A stretch of 64,000 bases of DNA, taken from Phoronis australis. Lineage: Eukaryota > Animalia > Phoronida. The stretch's first letter is position 1; each line of letters opens with the position of its first letter. Below the pieces are notes generated by a model, which saw nothing but the letters and a program-made list of their open reading frames with translations, did not search any database and was not told the origin of the DNA. A program made the translations under genes and the position numbers. Positions 38,682 to 53,600 of this stretch are shown here, piece by piece. The stretch is from positions 135,933-199,932 of the forward strand of contig NMRA01000692.1 of NCBI GenBank assembly GCA_002633005.1. Reading direction: 5' to 3'.

Positions 38682-41600
38682 ATGCCGGGTGTTGTTGAGG
38701 TATCATTCTCAGTGATCAGTATTTTTGCACTAAAACGTATTTATCAACATTTAAGGACTGCCTTATCTCTCACTTGTTCTTTGACATAATAGCCAATGTA
38801 ACAGTGGCGTTGTAGGTCTGAGGTATTAGATCAGTTATTCTTGCAAAGCTGGTTAGCTACACACAGACACAATCATCAGTAACAGTGTGCATAGACTAAC
38901 GAGTATCTGCACTTGAACACTCTTGATACTCTTGTTGCTGCCTTGTCTGTAGTAGAACCTACCAGGCCTAAATCAACTTTTTATTTTAGCTGGCTAAACA
39001 GAGCGAATCGTAGCCTTCACTCATGAGCCAATTACATTTTACATCATGCAGACACGGCCTTTGTGCTTGGGTTCTTGTGGTGGGTGGTGAGAACTCGCTG
39101 AGCATTTATTTAAAATGGATTGTTTGTTGTTGACTTTTGAGTCAGACCTACATCGACCTACATTGACCTACAATACTGGAAAAAAATACAACCATAATAG
39201 TTACCATTGCATACTTGTGTGTTTATGCATTTTCAAAGATATAATGTTTTCAGCTTGCAGACGCTGTGCAGATTTACAAGGACTTGGCCGGCATACCTGC
39301 CATTACTTCTGCTAAGGTGTGCACAGTCCAGTCAGATGATGGGCTGGTGTCCATATATTCAGAATGGACACAGAGAGACTTGGAGCGTATGGAAAAAACA
39401 AAGTACTCTCGAACCACAGTCTTAAAGAAGTCAGGAGACGGTTATCAAACTATCAGCTCCAGTGTACCTCATGAGCTTGGAACTGAGTAGGAATTTTAAA
39501 ATTCGTATCGTGTTTTTATGCGACTTTATCCTTCTCAAAATATAAATAACTGGTCATAGAGAATTATGACGTATAGATGGCGCTTGGTATTCGCCCTAGC
39601 CGCCATGTTTCTTTTGTCTCTAAACCCATTGTTTAATTAGCGGTTACGATCATAGAAAATAACTCGCAAGTATTTCTTCACTGTTTATTGGTTACAGCAA
39701 ACTACGAATGATCGTAACCTGAAAGAACAGAGACGGGGTAAATACTAGGTCGCTAACAAGTGACGTGTGATTACAATAGGTTAACAATGCTAGAGATGTG
39801 CTAAGGCTACAATAAATGAGGGAATCTTACCGCTAATTAAACAATGGGTTTAGAGACAAAAGAAACATGGCGGCTAGGGCGAATACCAAGCGCCATCTAT
39901 ATGTCATAATTCTCTAGGTCAGATCAAGACAAAGGCTACATGGTTGCCAGCATCCTGTCGAAGCTACTCATATTTTCATTTACTATTGCATCAAAAAAAA
40001 TAAATCGGTTGCATGTGAAAATTGTGTCTAATTTTTCTGAAAGTTCTTGTGCGCATTATGAATACAATGCACGGAAGCTCAAGTTTTTTTAGATTGGGAA
40101 AACTAGTGGCCTGAATTGAAACCAAACTTGAGTTGTTATATCAAGTTAGTTTCAATTGTGAATACAAAATTCATACTTTCGCTTTCAGACTTTGGAATAT
40201 GGAGTCACCCTCGGGAAATCTACGCGCTGTTGTCCGGAAAAGCAAATCGAGAAAAGGCGATGATAAATTTTTCATTGAGGTAGTAACCAAAATGTTATGA
40301 ATGCACAACATTAAGACGAGTGTTAGGATTCTCATTTTAAAATGAGTTTTAGGTTTTGCACAATACATTTTAGTTTGAGCTTACTTTGAAAATTCGCTGT
40401 TCAAAATTCTTTTTCTTATTAATAAGTAACATTAGGAGTAATATTAAAATCACAAATTTAACTGGTGTAAAGTTACTTTTGAGTCAATGTATCAATATTT
40501 TCATTTGGCGAATACATTTTGGACAATTGTTCATCAAGCCTTGTATGCTGTAGTTATTCACCAGTTATTCACTAGGTGGCATTAGTGAAGGAAGATTCCT
40601 CATTTCAATAACATATGGAGAGTAAGATGCAGTTATCAGCATGGGGTATTGTAGATGCCGGGGGCTCCATTCAACTACCAGCATGTATATAGAGATACGA
40701 ATTGATACACTGGCCCCACCTAGTGGATTTTGATTTTTTAACGTTTATTTCAAAAAATATAATGTATAATAATTAGAGGTAAGCCCAGAGAATTCCGGAA
40801 GGCATTATACCATGCTGAATTTTGAGTCATCATTTGTGTTTGTATGTTGACATCTTAATATACGTTGTGTTTCTTTAGATATGGAGTATCACTCGCAAAC
40901 TGAAGACAATTGATGTCACTGCAGCTGACAAACACGGCGACATCTATGAGCCTGACGGTAAATATGACTGGTTATAGAATTTATTGTGTAGTTTCTAACA
41001 CTGTTTTTCTAAATGACAATATAGTATTTGCCAAAAGTAATCGGATGTAATCTATTTCCAAAACAACTGATAATGAAGCGTCATGCCAGGAACATCTTTT
41101 ATTAGTGAGTATTATTTCCACCTAACAATCTTTATGTTGAATTCCTGGTCCTGACAGAAGACTACCTTGACAGTGTGATTCACCCAAGGGTCATGTTAGA
41201 GAATCGAGTCATTTTGTCTATTTACTTGTAGCGTATACTCTTACTACCTAAACTTATATATACCCACATTCTTTCTAAAATCTGTTAAGTTTATGCCACT
41301 TATTGACAGAAAATTTGTTCCTTACTCAGATTTGAAGTGATTTCTGGGGTAGTTTGTGACTGAAAATTAGTATTTCTTGAGACCATGCTTGGAGCATTAA
41401 ATGACCAGTAGTCATGTCAAGTCATTGGGCCTGATGTAAGTAGTGGAACATATATGACCAGTGATTATCTCAAGTCATAGGTCCTGGCATAAGCAGTAAA
41501 GAATTTTTGGTTAATTCCAAGCTGGGAAATCATTCTAATGTGAGTTGGGAACATCTTGAGGGAAATACGTTTGTTAAGTTGTGTGAATCATGAGTCAAAG

Positions 41601-44600
41601 GTGTACCCAAGGCCAGCACACAANNNNNNNNNNNNNNNNNNNNNNNNNNNNNNNNNNNNNNNNNNNNNNNNNNNNNNNNNNNNNNNNNNNNNNNNNNNNN
41701 NNNNNNNNNNNNNNNNNNNNNNNNNNNNNNNNNNNNNNNNNNNNNNNNNNNNNNNNNNNNNNNNNNNNNNNNNNNNNNNNNNNNNNNNNNNNNNNNNNNN
41801 NNNNNNNNNNNNNNNNNNNNNNNNNNNNNNNNNNNNNNNNNNNNNNNNNNNNNNNNNNNNNNNNNNNNNNNNNNNNNNNNNNNNNNNNNNNNNNNNNNNN
41901 NNNNNNNNNNNNNNNNNNNNNNNNNNNNNNNNNNNNNNNNNNNNNNNNNNNNNNNNNNNNNNNNNNNNNNNNNNNNNNNNNNNNNNNNNNNNNNNNNNNN
42001 NNNNNNNNNNNNNNNNNNNNNNNNNNNNNNNNNNNNNNNNNNNNNNNNNNNNNNNNNNNNNNNNNNNNNNNNNNNNNNNNNNNNNNNNNNNNNNNNNNNN
42101 NNNNNNNNNNNNNNNNNNNNNNNNNNNNNNNNNNNNNNNNNNNNNNNNNNNNNNNNNNNNNNNNNNNNNNNNNNNNNNNNNNNNNNNNNNNNNNNNNNNN
42201 NNNNNNNNNNNNNNNNNNNNNNNNNNNNNNNNNNNNNNNNNNNNNNNNNNNNNNNNNNNNNNNNNNNNNNNNNNNNNNNNNNNNNNNNNNNNNNNNNNNN
42301 NNNNNNNNNNNNNNNNNNNNNNNNNNNNNNNNNNNNNNNNNNNNNNNNNNNNNNNNNCCATTACTTCTGCTAAGGTGTGCACAGTCCAGTCAGATGATGG
42401 GCTGGTGTCCATATATTCAGAATGGACACAGAGAGACTTGGAGCGTATGGAAAAAACAAAGTACTCTCGAACCACAGTCTTAAAGAAGTCAGGAGACGGT
42501 TATCAAACTATCAGCTCCAGTGTACCTCATGAGCTTGGAACTGAGTAGGAATTTTAAAATTCGTATCGTGTTTATATGCGACTTTATCCTTCTCAAAATA
42601 TAAATAACTGGTCAGATCAAGACAAAGGCTACATGGTTGCCAGCATCCTGTCGAAGCTACTCATATTTTCATTTACTATTGCATCAAGAAAAATAAATCG
42701 GTTGCATGTGAAAATTGTGTCTAATTTTTCTAAAAGTTCTTGTGCACATTATGAATACAATGCACGGAAGCTCAAATTTCTTTAGATTGTGAAAACTAGT
42801 GGCCTGAATTGAAACCAAACTTGAGTTGTTATATCAAGTTAGTTTCAATTGTGAATACAAAATTCATGCTTTCGCTTTCAGACTTTGGAATATGGAGTCA
42901 CCCTCGGGAAATCTACGCGCTGTTGTCCGGAAAAGCAAATCGAGAAAAGGCGATGACAAATTTTTCATTGAGGTAGTAACCATAATGTTATGAATGCACA
43001 ACATTATGAAGAGTGTTAGGATTCTCATTTTAAAATGAGTTTTAGGTTTTACACAATACGTTTTAGTTTGAGCTTATTTTGAAAATTTGCTGTTCAAAAT
43101 TCTTTTTCTTATTAATAAGTAACACTAGGAGTAATATTAAAATCACAAATTTAATTGTTGTAAAGTTACTTTTGAGTCAATGTATCAGTATTTTCATTTG
43201 GCGAATACATTTTGGACAATTGTTCATCAAGCCTTGTATACTTTTTAATATGCATTTGTATGTAACCCAAGCATGCTTTTTGCATTTAAAATCCAGACAT
43301 ACTTGCCACTTATGATTTAGTTCATTTGGTTTACTCATTCACTTTTTAGTTGTCTGTCGTCAGTGCAATATTGAACAGATCAAATCATTAAAAGTGTTGA
43401 GGTGTATGAGAAACTTGTTATTCACCAGTTATTCACTAGGTGGCGTTAGTGAAGGAAGATTCCTCATTTCAATAACATATGGAGAGTAAGATGCAGTTAT
43501 CAGCATGGGGTATTGTAGATGCCGGGGGCTTCATGCAACTACCAGCATGTTTTTATATAGAGATACGAATTGATACACTGGCCCCACCTAGTGGATTTTG
43601 ATTTTTTAACGTTTATTTCAAAAAATATAATGTATAATTATTAGAGGTAAGCCCAGAAAATTCCGGAAGGCATTATATCATGCTGAATTTTTAGTCGTTA
43701 TTTGTGTTCGTATGTTGGCATCTTAAAATACGTTGTGTTTCTTTAGATATGGAGTATCACTCGCAAACTGAAGACAATTGATGTCACTGCAGCTGACAAA
43801 CACGGCGACATCTATGAGCCTGACGGTAACTAACTATGACTGGTTATGGAATTTATTGTGTAGTTTCTAACACTGTTTTTCTAAATGACAATATAGTATT
43901 TGGCAAAAGTAATCGGATGTAATCTATTTCCAAAACAACTGATAATGAAGCGTCATGCCAGGAGCATCTTTTATTAGTGAGTATTATTTCCACCTAACAA
44001 TCTTTATGTTGAATTCCTGGTCCTGACAGAAGACTACCTTGACAGTGTGATTCACCCAAGGGTCATGTTAGAGAATCGAGTCATTTTGTCTATTTACTTG
44101 CGGCGTATACTCTTACTACCTAAACTTATTTATACCCACATTCTTTCTAAAATCTGCCACTTATTGACAGACTATTTGTTCCTTACTCAGATTTGAAGTG
44201 ATTTCTGGGGTAGTTAGTGACTGAAAATTAGTATTTCTTGAGACCATGCTTGGAGCATTAAATGACCAGTGGTCACGTCAAGTCATTGGGCCTGGTGTAA
44301 GCAGTGGGACATAAATGACCAGTGATTACCTCAAGTCATAGGTCCTGGCATAAGCAGTAAAGAATTTTTGGTTAATTCCAAGCTGGGAAATCATTCTAAT
44401 GTGAGTTGGGAACATCTTGAGGGAAATACGTTTGTTAAGTTGTGTGAATCATGAGTCACAGGTGTACCCAAGGCCAGCACACAATGGTGCAAGTTAAATG
44501 TTTGGTTACACACTCAGACACCTAACATGATCTGTTGAATACTTTCAAATGAACTTGTTTCACCACCATAGTTTGACTACTCAGTTATTGGCAAGTCTCA

Positions 44601-47600
44601 CTCCACTGTGTCCATTACAACTGTAGGGATTATGTAACTAGTTGTATGTATATTTTTAATTTTAATTTTAATTTCAATTATCTTGTCACAGGGCTTGGAA
44701 TTTTCCGCGGAAACGCGGATTTCCGCTTTTTTCAATGTGCTTTCCGCTTTTTTTATAATATTTCCACGTAAAAAAATCGGATTTGATATAAAATTTCCGC
44801 GGCAAATTCCTTTCTTACCGCGGCGTTGCAGACGACGTTCACCTCGAAAAGCGGAAGTTGCTCTTTATGTTTCGGAGGAACTTAAATTGTCAACATTGCC
44901 GGGGCATCTGGGACAGCGTGGTGTGATTTTCAATGGCGTCTCGTGTTATTGTTAAGCGCGGCGGCAAATACTACCGCTCTGCAGCCAAAAATGTGTGGGT
45001 TGGGAGTGCATGGGCGAGCTAAAAGGACGCAGACGCATGCTACTGATGGTACTGATGGTGGTAATGTTTTTTTTTTTTAGTCCTCCCGATTTTTGTTGGC
45101 GAAAGGTTCACATTGACCATTTCAAGACTGTTTATCGGGCATGATTTGGGCCATAAAAGTTTCAAAGTTTCCACGTTTTGTTGTCAGTATTACATGTTAA
45201 CGAGGCTATGTGTTGTCTGTTTCTGTTTTCATTAATGGTCAACATGTATAAAGCCTACTATTCACTAATTTTTAGGTGCTTTTGGATCCCTTGACTGGTC
45301 CTCTTCAGAGGGTCACTTGCTGTATGTGGCTGAGAAAAAGCGAGCTAAGTCCATGTCATATTTTGATCCAAAGGCTGAGCAGGCATCGGAGGATTCTGAT
45401 GAAACACCAAAAGGTAATAACAGCTAGTCAAAGAAAAATTAAATCTTTTCCACTGCACTATTGTACTTATTGTGTTTAACCCCTTGTGACGTGTATTTGG
45501 AGTGATGGTCATATCTGGTGTGGGAATCTTTACCTGTTCGGCCATTACAATCATTCCAATATTCCTCTAGGAGGTAGCGGGGCGCTCCCAAGGACTTAAG
45601 GATTTTTAGTAGTTAGTACCATAATACAGTTGAACATAGTTAAATTCTCTTTGATTATTAACTTTCTTGGAAATAGCAACAGTTGGTTCGTTCACAAACT
45701 ACCGATGAATGTAGCATATTTGCTTGCAGTATTGGATCCTTGAAGGATGGCTTGAAGGGCTTCCAATACAACATAGCACTCGTCTGGTTTTCCATTCACT
45801 GCGACTTATGTTGCATTCATCGTCAAACTTTCATTCCTAACTTATCTGCCACTAAATGCTCACTTACTCCTCTACGTTTTTTTAAGCAAGGGAACATATT
45901 AATCATAATTTTTATGAGACTTGGGTTTCATTTCAGTCTAGCTGCTATACACTCCCTTTCTTTCTCAGTATGCAGTAGAATACAGTAGAATACAATATAA
46001 TACAGTAGAATACAGTAGAATACAGTGCAATACAGTATAATACAGTAGAATACTGTATAATACAGTAGAATACAGTATAATACAGTAGAATACAGTAGAA
46101 TACAGTGCAATACAGTGTAATACCGTCACTGTAGAATATATTAGAATGCAACAGTATGCAGTAGAATACAGTATAATACAGTAGAATACAGTATAATACA
46201 GTTGAATACAGTATAATACAGTAGAATACAGTAGAATACAATGCAATACAGTACAATACAGTACAATACTGTCACTGTAGAATATATTAGAATGCAAAAG
46301 TATGCAGTAGAATACAGTACAATACAGTATAATATAGTATAATACTGTAGAATACAGCATAATACAGTAGAATACAGTGCAATACAGTAGAATATAGTGC
46401 AATACAGTACAATACAGTACAATACCGTCACTGTAGAATACATTAGAATGCAACAGTATGCAGTAGAATACAGTACAATACCATCACTGTAGAATATATT
46501 AGAATGCAACAGTATGCAGCAGAATATTGTAGAATACAGTACAATACAGTGCAATACAGTTACTGTAGAATACAGTAGAATGCAGTTGTATTCAGTAGAA
46601 TACTGTAGAAAACGCTAGCTGTCTAGCATAACTATTCCTTAATAGTTGATGAAAAATTAATAAACCAGTCATCTGGTCAACTGTTGTTTAATCACCAAAG
46701 TTGTGAGGGCACCGTGCCTCCTTGAATTAATCACATACTACATAATCGATAATTATTAGTTTTCCTGTATGGATAAACATCCATGATTTTATTACATCTG
46801 TTTCTTCTATTAAATTTATTTACTAGACTTAATTTACCTGTTTCTGTTTTGTTTATTGCCATACCTGTTTGTCCTAATACTTTCACAAACTAAATACACA
46901 ATGTTATGAAATTGATAGAGCAGAACTTACTTGTGCAGTATATCCTGATGAACAAGGTAGTTCACTATTAGTCAGACTTTCTTACTTATTATTTATATGT
47001 TAAGCCATGTATTGTTTTTCCTAATAAATATATCCATTTCCTGTAACCAGGTGATGAGAATGTGTTTCATGAAGAATGGGGGGAGCTCCTTGTTGGTAAA
47101 CACCAACCTGTATTGTGCGTGTTGGATGTGGACACAGGATGTGTCAGTGTGCTGGAGAATGTACCTGAGGATATCTCACCTGGTCAGGTAAAACACAAGT
47201 CTATTAATCATTAGGCGAAATGATTGTAATAGAATCTCAGGGATTACAGGGACTATAAACTTGACACGCTTTTATCAGCGATTTCAATAGTGGGGGCAAT
47301 AAGCATGGTAATTACGTCTGGTCTGGCAATGGAACTACTTTTAACTGAATGGTAAGATGCCTTGAACGTCAGCACAACATTCACATATGAAACTTTTTTT
47401 CGGTGGCCAAATTTACGATTCAGTAACACCGCGCGACATTAAGTTTATACAGTACAGCACTTTTTCGACATGTCTATTTAGTTAACTCAATATCTACAGA
47501 ATTAGAAGGTTCAGGAGAAGCACAGTCTAGTCGCATTACAATGTACCTGTCGTTTATATCGTTCGATCGCTACAATATACCGCATTTGCCCTAATAAGGG

Positions 47601-50600
47601 CTCATGCCCCTATAAGCGCCCCCCATGCGTTTTCAGACTTTGCTAAAATAAACGCCCAGTCCATGAACGCCGTGTACATGCGAAAAGTGCCTTACCTACA
47701 GTTCTAAAATTCTACAGTAACGTCTTCAATTTATCAATAAGATCCAATAATCCTGAAAAAAATCATTGTGCACGGAATTTGTAGACCAAGAGCCTCGCCG
47801 CTATGTCGGTAATACTATTTACGTGTGACTATACACTTCAATCTTCCGCCGTGCTTCAAAAAGAGCGCAAGTTTTGCTGATCTTTTGAGGGACTTGTCTT
47901 ATTATGGTCAGGCCTTTCAGAGCAGACGCAGCGTACTTGTCAAAGGGATTGTATTGTACCTTTCCTGTACAGATCTTCTCCCTCAACAGGAATCCAAAAA
48001 TCTCTTTGTACCCGTGAAAGCCGCAAATCGAAGACTCACAAAAATTTGACCTTTGTTCAGTTACAAGCACGTGGCTAGGAAAACGTGGTTAGGAAGCGCG
48101 CGCTACATTCAAGAATCTGTCATCGAAGATTAGTCTTCCGGAACTATCTATTCATGAAACAGGTAGCATAGCATTGGCAAGAAATAAATACTCACTGGTA
48201 CTTATTTCGGAAAGTTTCTAATACTGTAAAAAACGTTTGCGTTTGGGAATTATTAAATTAGTTGTAATTGGTGTTTTTTAAAGTCAAAATGACCCAGTGA
48301 TAGTCAACACTTCTGCACCCTTACACCTCCGAATCTCCCGAAATATATCTCTTAGGCTGTCACACATCCAGTCACCCGGCAACTCCATGACATCGACCTT
48401 ACCAAGACAATTCTTGAGCGGTTTTAGCAGATGTGATCAACAAGTGCTAAACAAAACACGTTCTGCTTTACTGCTTGTGTTAATTTCTGTAGTTACCATG
48501 AACACCAAGATCTTTACATCGCGTTTACTCTGGCAAATGAAATCTGATGACTCGCACGCTCTCGCTCGCTCGCACAATACACAGGCGAACTTCAAAACAA
48601 ACTTCAAACGACAACATGTGTGTTCATCCAGAGATTTTCCTCGTGTTGCGGAGTACGATCTAGTGTATATTTGGACTTAATATGTAGTTAATCCCGACTC
48701 CGCTGGAACTTTAATATCACAGGGATGCTATTTTGAAAATTTAAGGAGGACTTCAGGTTTACTTATTTGTTGAGTCGAAACTATATTTTTACTCAAGAAT
48801 TCAACTTGACCTATCGGCGTTCGCGAGGCAGCGACGCATCAGTCGGCAAGTCTTTGCACTGGGATTTTCTGCAAAATGTTCGTAATTTAACAGCAAAGTT
48901 TGATAGCAATGCACTGCAATTTTGTAGAAACTCTGTCATAGGTTACAGATGCGTCACAGAGCGTAAATTTGATGAATTCTAGCTTACAATTTCACCTGTT
49001 TTGGAGACCAGGTTTCAACCACTTTTGGGCTATAATAAGCCCCCCCCTTCCTGAAGCGAATTTTTCTAAGTGCCCTGGGCACTTATTAGGGCGAATACGG
49101 TATTGTATTGTCTCACTGATACGAAATGCACATCGAGGACAGTAATTAACATGTCTCTCCAAGATTACCAGGGGGTTGTATTTTCACTAGGTGACTTCAA
49201 AAATAGCTACAACCCCCATTAATAACTTGGTTTCATTGTCATATGTCCATTTTAGTCTTTGCATGAATGACACTAGCATGAGATCGCTGTTGAGATTGTT
49301 TGTTCCAATCCAGGCACTCTGGGTACCAGGTGACAGTGGTGTGGTATTCGTCGGCTGGTCACATGAACCGTTCAGGCTTGGAATTACTTATTGTCCTATC
49401 AGAAGCAGCGCCATCTATCACATTGATTTCCAGTCAGCAACATGTAGTAAGTGAGGCCTTTTTGTCTATTTTTTACTTAAGTTTTGTTTTATTATAGTCA
49501 CATATGTTAGACACTGTTGTACTTTAATCCATTGTGCATGGAAAAAGGGCCGTTTTTTGCCAAATTATTTCAGCAGATATTATTAATAAAGTTTGTCTGT
49601 GTGTAGCATTGAGAGAGACTGATTTAGCTCAAAAACGTATGCTAATGCTTTTATTTACCAAATGAAATTGATTACTTACTTTTTTTCAAAATCCGACTGG
49701 TATTCGACTAAGGATTTTTATGCTTGTATTTACCGACGGGTTCTCAAATGTCTGCGGATTACCTGGTTTCTTTTGATTCAGGAATGTTTCGTGAAATGTC
49801 TGAAAGAAGTGTCACAGAGATTATCATCTGCAGCACAGTACACATCAAAAGTAAATGGACAAAATTCCGCTTAACTGTCCAATTGGTAATGACCAGTCAT
49901 GACTGGTTATGACCTGTCTTGATTGGCAATGAACAGTCATGTCAAGTAATGACTGGTAATGACCTGCACACATCCTAACTGGTTATGACCAGTCATGACT
50001 GGTTATGACCTGTCTTGATTGGCAATGAACAGTCATGTCAAGTAATGACTGGTAATGACCTGCACACATCCTAACTGGTTATGACCAGTCAGGACAGGTT
50101 ATGAACAGTCATGTCAAGTAATGACTGGTAATGAACTGCACACATCCTGACTGGTTATGACCTGTCAAAGTGGGAATGTTCTTCTTTCCACCTACTCTGA
50201 CTGGAAAATAGTTCCACTTGCACTGCAACATCATGACTGGGTAAACTGCATACGCTCAGTTATCATGTTAATGCCAGGTCATTTTTTGTTCGACTTTTGT
50301 GCTCATTTGAAACATTTGCTGAAGTTTGCCATTATTTTGTCTCTCTTCAGCTGTAGTGGGCTCCCTAGACCAGTCTGTTCGCAACCCTATCTTCAGCCCA
50401 GACAAAACCAAGTTGGTTTTCCTCCAGAATCCTGTCGGTGGCCCCCACATAAGGTGTTCACAGCTTGTACAGGTTGGAAGTTAATAACATGTAGTGTGGA
50501 CTGCATTAGACTTATGTTAATTCAGCTTAGATTTGCTTTAAACCCATTTTGTGTCTGAAAAAAGCTTGAACCACTTATCTTTATAATTTGTCTTTTGTAA

Positions 50601-53600
50601 CTTATTATCAATTACTTCCCTTCACAGACTAGAAGTGAGCTTGTCAATACCTGTGGCCAGGGTCTCATCTCTGAACTCAGATTAGAAGTGAGCTTTTCAA
50701 TACCTGTGCCCAGGGTCTCATCTCTGAACTCAGACTAGAAGTGAGCTTGTCAATACCTGTGCCCAGGTTCCCATCTCTGAACTCAGATTAGAAGTGAGGT
50801 TTTCAATACCTATGGCCAGGGTCTCATCTCTGAACTCTGATTAGAAGTGAGCTTTTCAATACCTGTGCCCAGGGTCTCATCTCTGAACTCAGATTAGAAG
50901 TGAACTTGTCAATACCTGTGGCCAGGGTCTCATCTCTGAACTCTGATTAGAAGTGAGCTTTTCAATACCTGTGCCCAGGGTCTCATCTCTGAACTCAGAT
51001 TAGAAGTGAGCTTGTCAATACATGTGGCCAGGGTCTCATCTCTGAACTCAGATTAGAAGTGAGCTTGTCAATACCTGTGCCCAGGGTCTCATCTCTGAGC
51101 TCAGACTAGAAGTGAGCTTGTCAATACCTGTGGCCAGGGTTTCATCTCTGAACTCAGACTCAAAAGCAAATTAATCATGCCACTTGATTGTCATACAAAT
51201 TTGCAAGTTTTCTCGAAGTATGCAATGCAATAGGTCAATTTTTAGTTACATTATGATTACATAAAATAGTGACCCTGGCAGTTTATTATAAGTATCTGAA
51301 GCTACGTATAAAATGACCGGTTATGAGCCTCAAGAAGTTAGACTTACTGAGCCTTGTCTTGAGTTATAACAAATTGTAAATTCAGTTACCATTAAGGGGC
51401 TCCGAATTTTGAGAACCAGTTTTCTCCACTGAATAACAAGAATCCAACTGGTTCTCAAAATCCAGGACTCTGTTTCTGTCAAATTTTCCCATGTCTAGAA
51501 TTCACTTCTAATTTGAGGTGAGGAACAATTTGAGACCAATAAAGACTGGTAATTATTTCAGACAAGGCTTGTAATGGAAAGAACCAGATTTATTTCAGAC
51601 CAAGCTTGTAATGGTAACATTTTAAGTTTTTCACACAAGACATATTTGTTGCAGCCTTGTGATATATGAGAAACTTCCTTTGTGACCTTGACCTTATGGC
51701 TAATCCAGATTGTTGTCTCAAAAGACTGTCTCGTTTTTTCACAAACTTGCACTTAGTTTTCTATTCCTTAGGTGTCTAAAGCTCATTTTTCAACAGTGAC
51801 AATCTGACAGAGATGTATTTATGCTCTCACATATTATGTGGGTGCATATTGCTGTCATCTCGGTCTGGGCGTCCAGCGTCTGCAGCTGTATCTCTTAAAT
51901 TCCTCACAGGATCTTGATAAAATTTGGCAGATTTGTTTCTTTGAAGCTGACGATGGATGACGACAAATTTCAGACCTCTCCAATTACCGGTGTGCCCCCT
52001 AGTGGCACTTTTAGTTTTTTTACGCTTACATCTGTATCTTGAAAGGTCCTCAACGGATTTTTATGAAATATGGCACATAGACATCAATTAGATTACGCTA
52101 CCCTCCCGCTTTCGGATGGATTCGAGTTATTTTCCGCCACCCAGTGGCCATTTTTGCTGTTTTTTGGCGTCCGCCTCTCTATCAACCAAACCTTTCTAAG
52201 TATGATTGTAAATATCTGCATGTATGTTCTTAGTGTGAAGAGGACGGTTGACGATGATTTTGCGACAACTTCAACTACTGTGGCGCCTCTTGGTGGCAGT
52301 TTTTTGTACCTGTAGCTGTATCTCCTAAACCCACTGCAGGAGCTTTATTAAAGTTGGGAAGTGTATTCATAATGAAGTTGACCCGAGACGACGACAATTT
52401 TAAGTTGGATTGGTCGAACAGTGTGTCCCCTAGTGGCAATTTCATTTTCTTCCATTTTCCTCTGTTTCTCTGAAGTTGCTTGATGTATTTTGATGAAATT
52501 TAATAAATTGTTTTCTATTAACATGACATGTTCTCGTTTTCGAACATATTTTGCACCATCTAGTGGCCATTTTTATGACACACTCATAGAAGTTCACAGT
52601 TTGCGGTGCATTTCGTGGGCGCATTTTAATGCTCTGCGTCGCTCTTGTTCATATTATTGCAGTGACAAAGGCTTCAGTCTTGTCATCTTCAGAAGCGGAA
52701 AACATCTGACAGTTTTTTGTCATTTTAGGATGAAAACATGAAACTTTTAGACTTCGAGTTCGTATACTAACTGAATTTCAAAAGTCTTGAACATCAGTTT
52801 TGTGTTCATCTAGAAACTGTCTTCGTGTCACTGAACTTGCTTTATATGGCATGTACTAAACACATGGATTTCTATTTTAGTGTGACTGGCAGACAAAGTG
52901 TTGTTCAGTCATAGTAGACATCATACATAAACCAGGTAAAGTATTTAATTACACGGTGAGCTCAGGTGTTGGTTGTATCATGATCACATAATGACTTGTG
53001 TTTCAAGTTACGATGAAATAAGAATGGAGCAATCTATCAAGTCAAAAATATCAGCTGTAAGCTCCGTCCCGGTGACAGCGTAGATTTACTTCACGTTTCA
53101 AAATTAAATGAAAACATTGGGCATTCGCTGTTGAGTTCATCTTCAGTACGAGTTATCAAAACATCATTTGATATTACTTCAATCTTTAACTTTGACTTTT
53201 GGAGGAAAGATCAACCTCAGTAATGTTTATTTTGTGTTGTTTAGTCTCTATTTCTTTCTTAAACATATATGCTAATAGTCAACAGAGAACAAGTAATGGT
53301 TAATAAAATATATATTAAATCTGTACCTGCCAGTGAAATAATATGAAGGAATCTCTAACAAATGAAATTTAAGTTTTCACTATGTCAGGTTCATGCGATT
53401 ATAGATTCATTTCCTTTTGTTGTAGAAAGTGAAGATTTCCAAGGTCTATTCCTTCTCTCTCTGGCGCCGCGGTGTTGGGTGAAGGACAGCACAAGGCTTG
53501 TACTTCAGTCATATTGTCGCAGTAAACAGGTACACTACTAACAGGTATACAAGTACAGTAAAAAGGTACACATATAAACAGGTACACACAAACAGGTACA

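Noticed and set aside
41556-42548. ORFs of about 300 aa in the track
   Set aside because: Artefacts of reading through the N gap.
45928-46554. Tyr/Cys-rich ORFs of up to 162 aa
   Set aside because: Translation of a 5/10-bp simple repeat.
50625-51160. Regular repeats resembling a CRISPR array (also 61179-61487 and 32192-32467)
   Set aside because: Head-to-tail units without unique spacers, no cas genes, and a eukaryotic intronic context.
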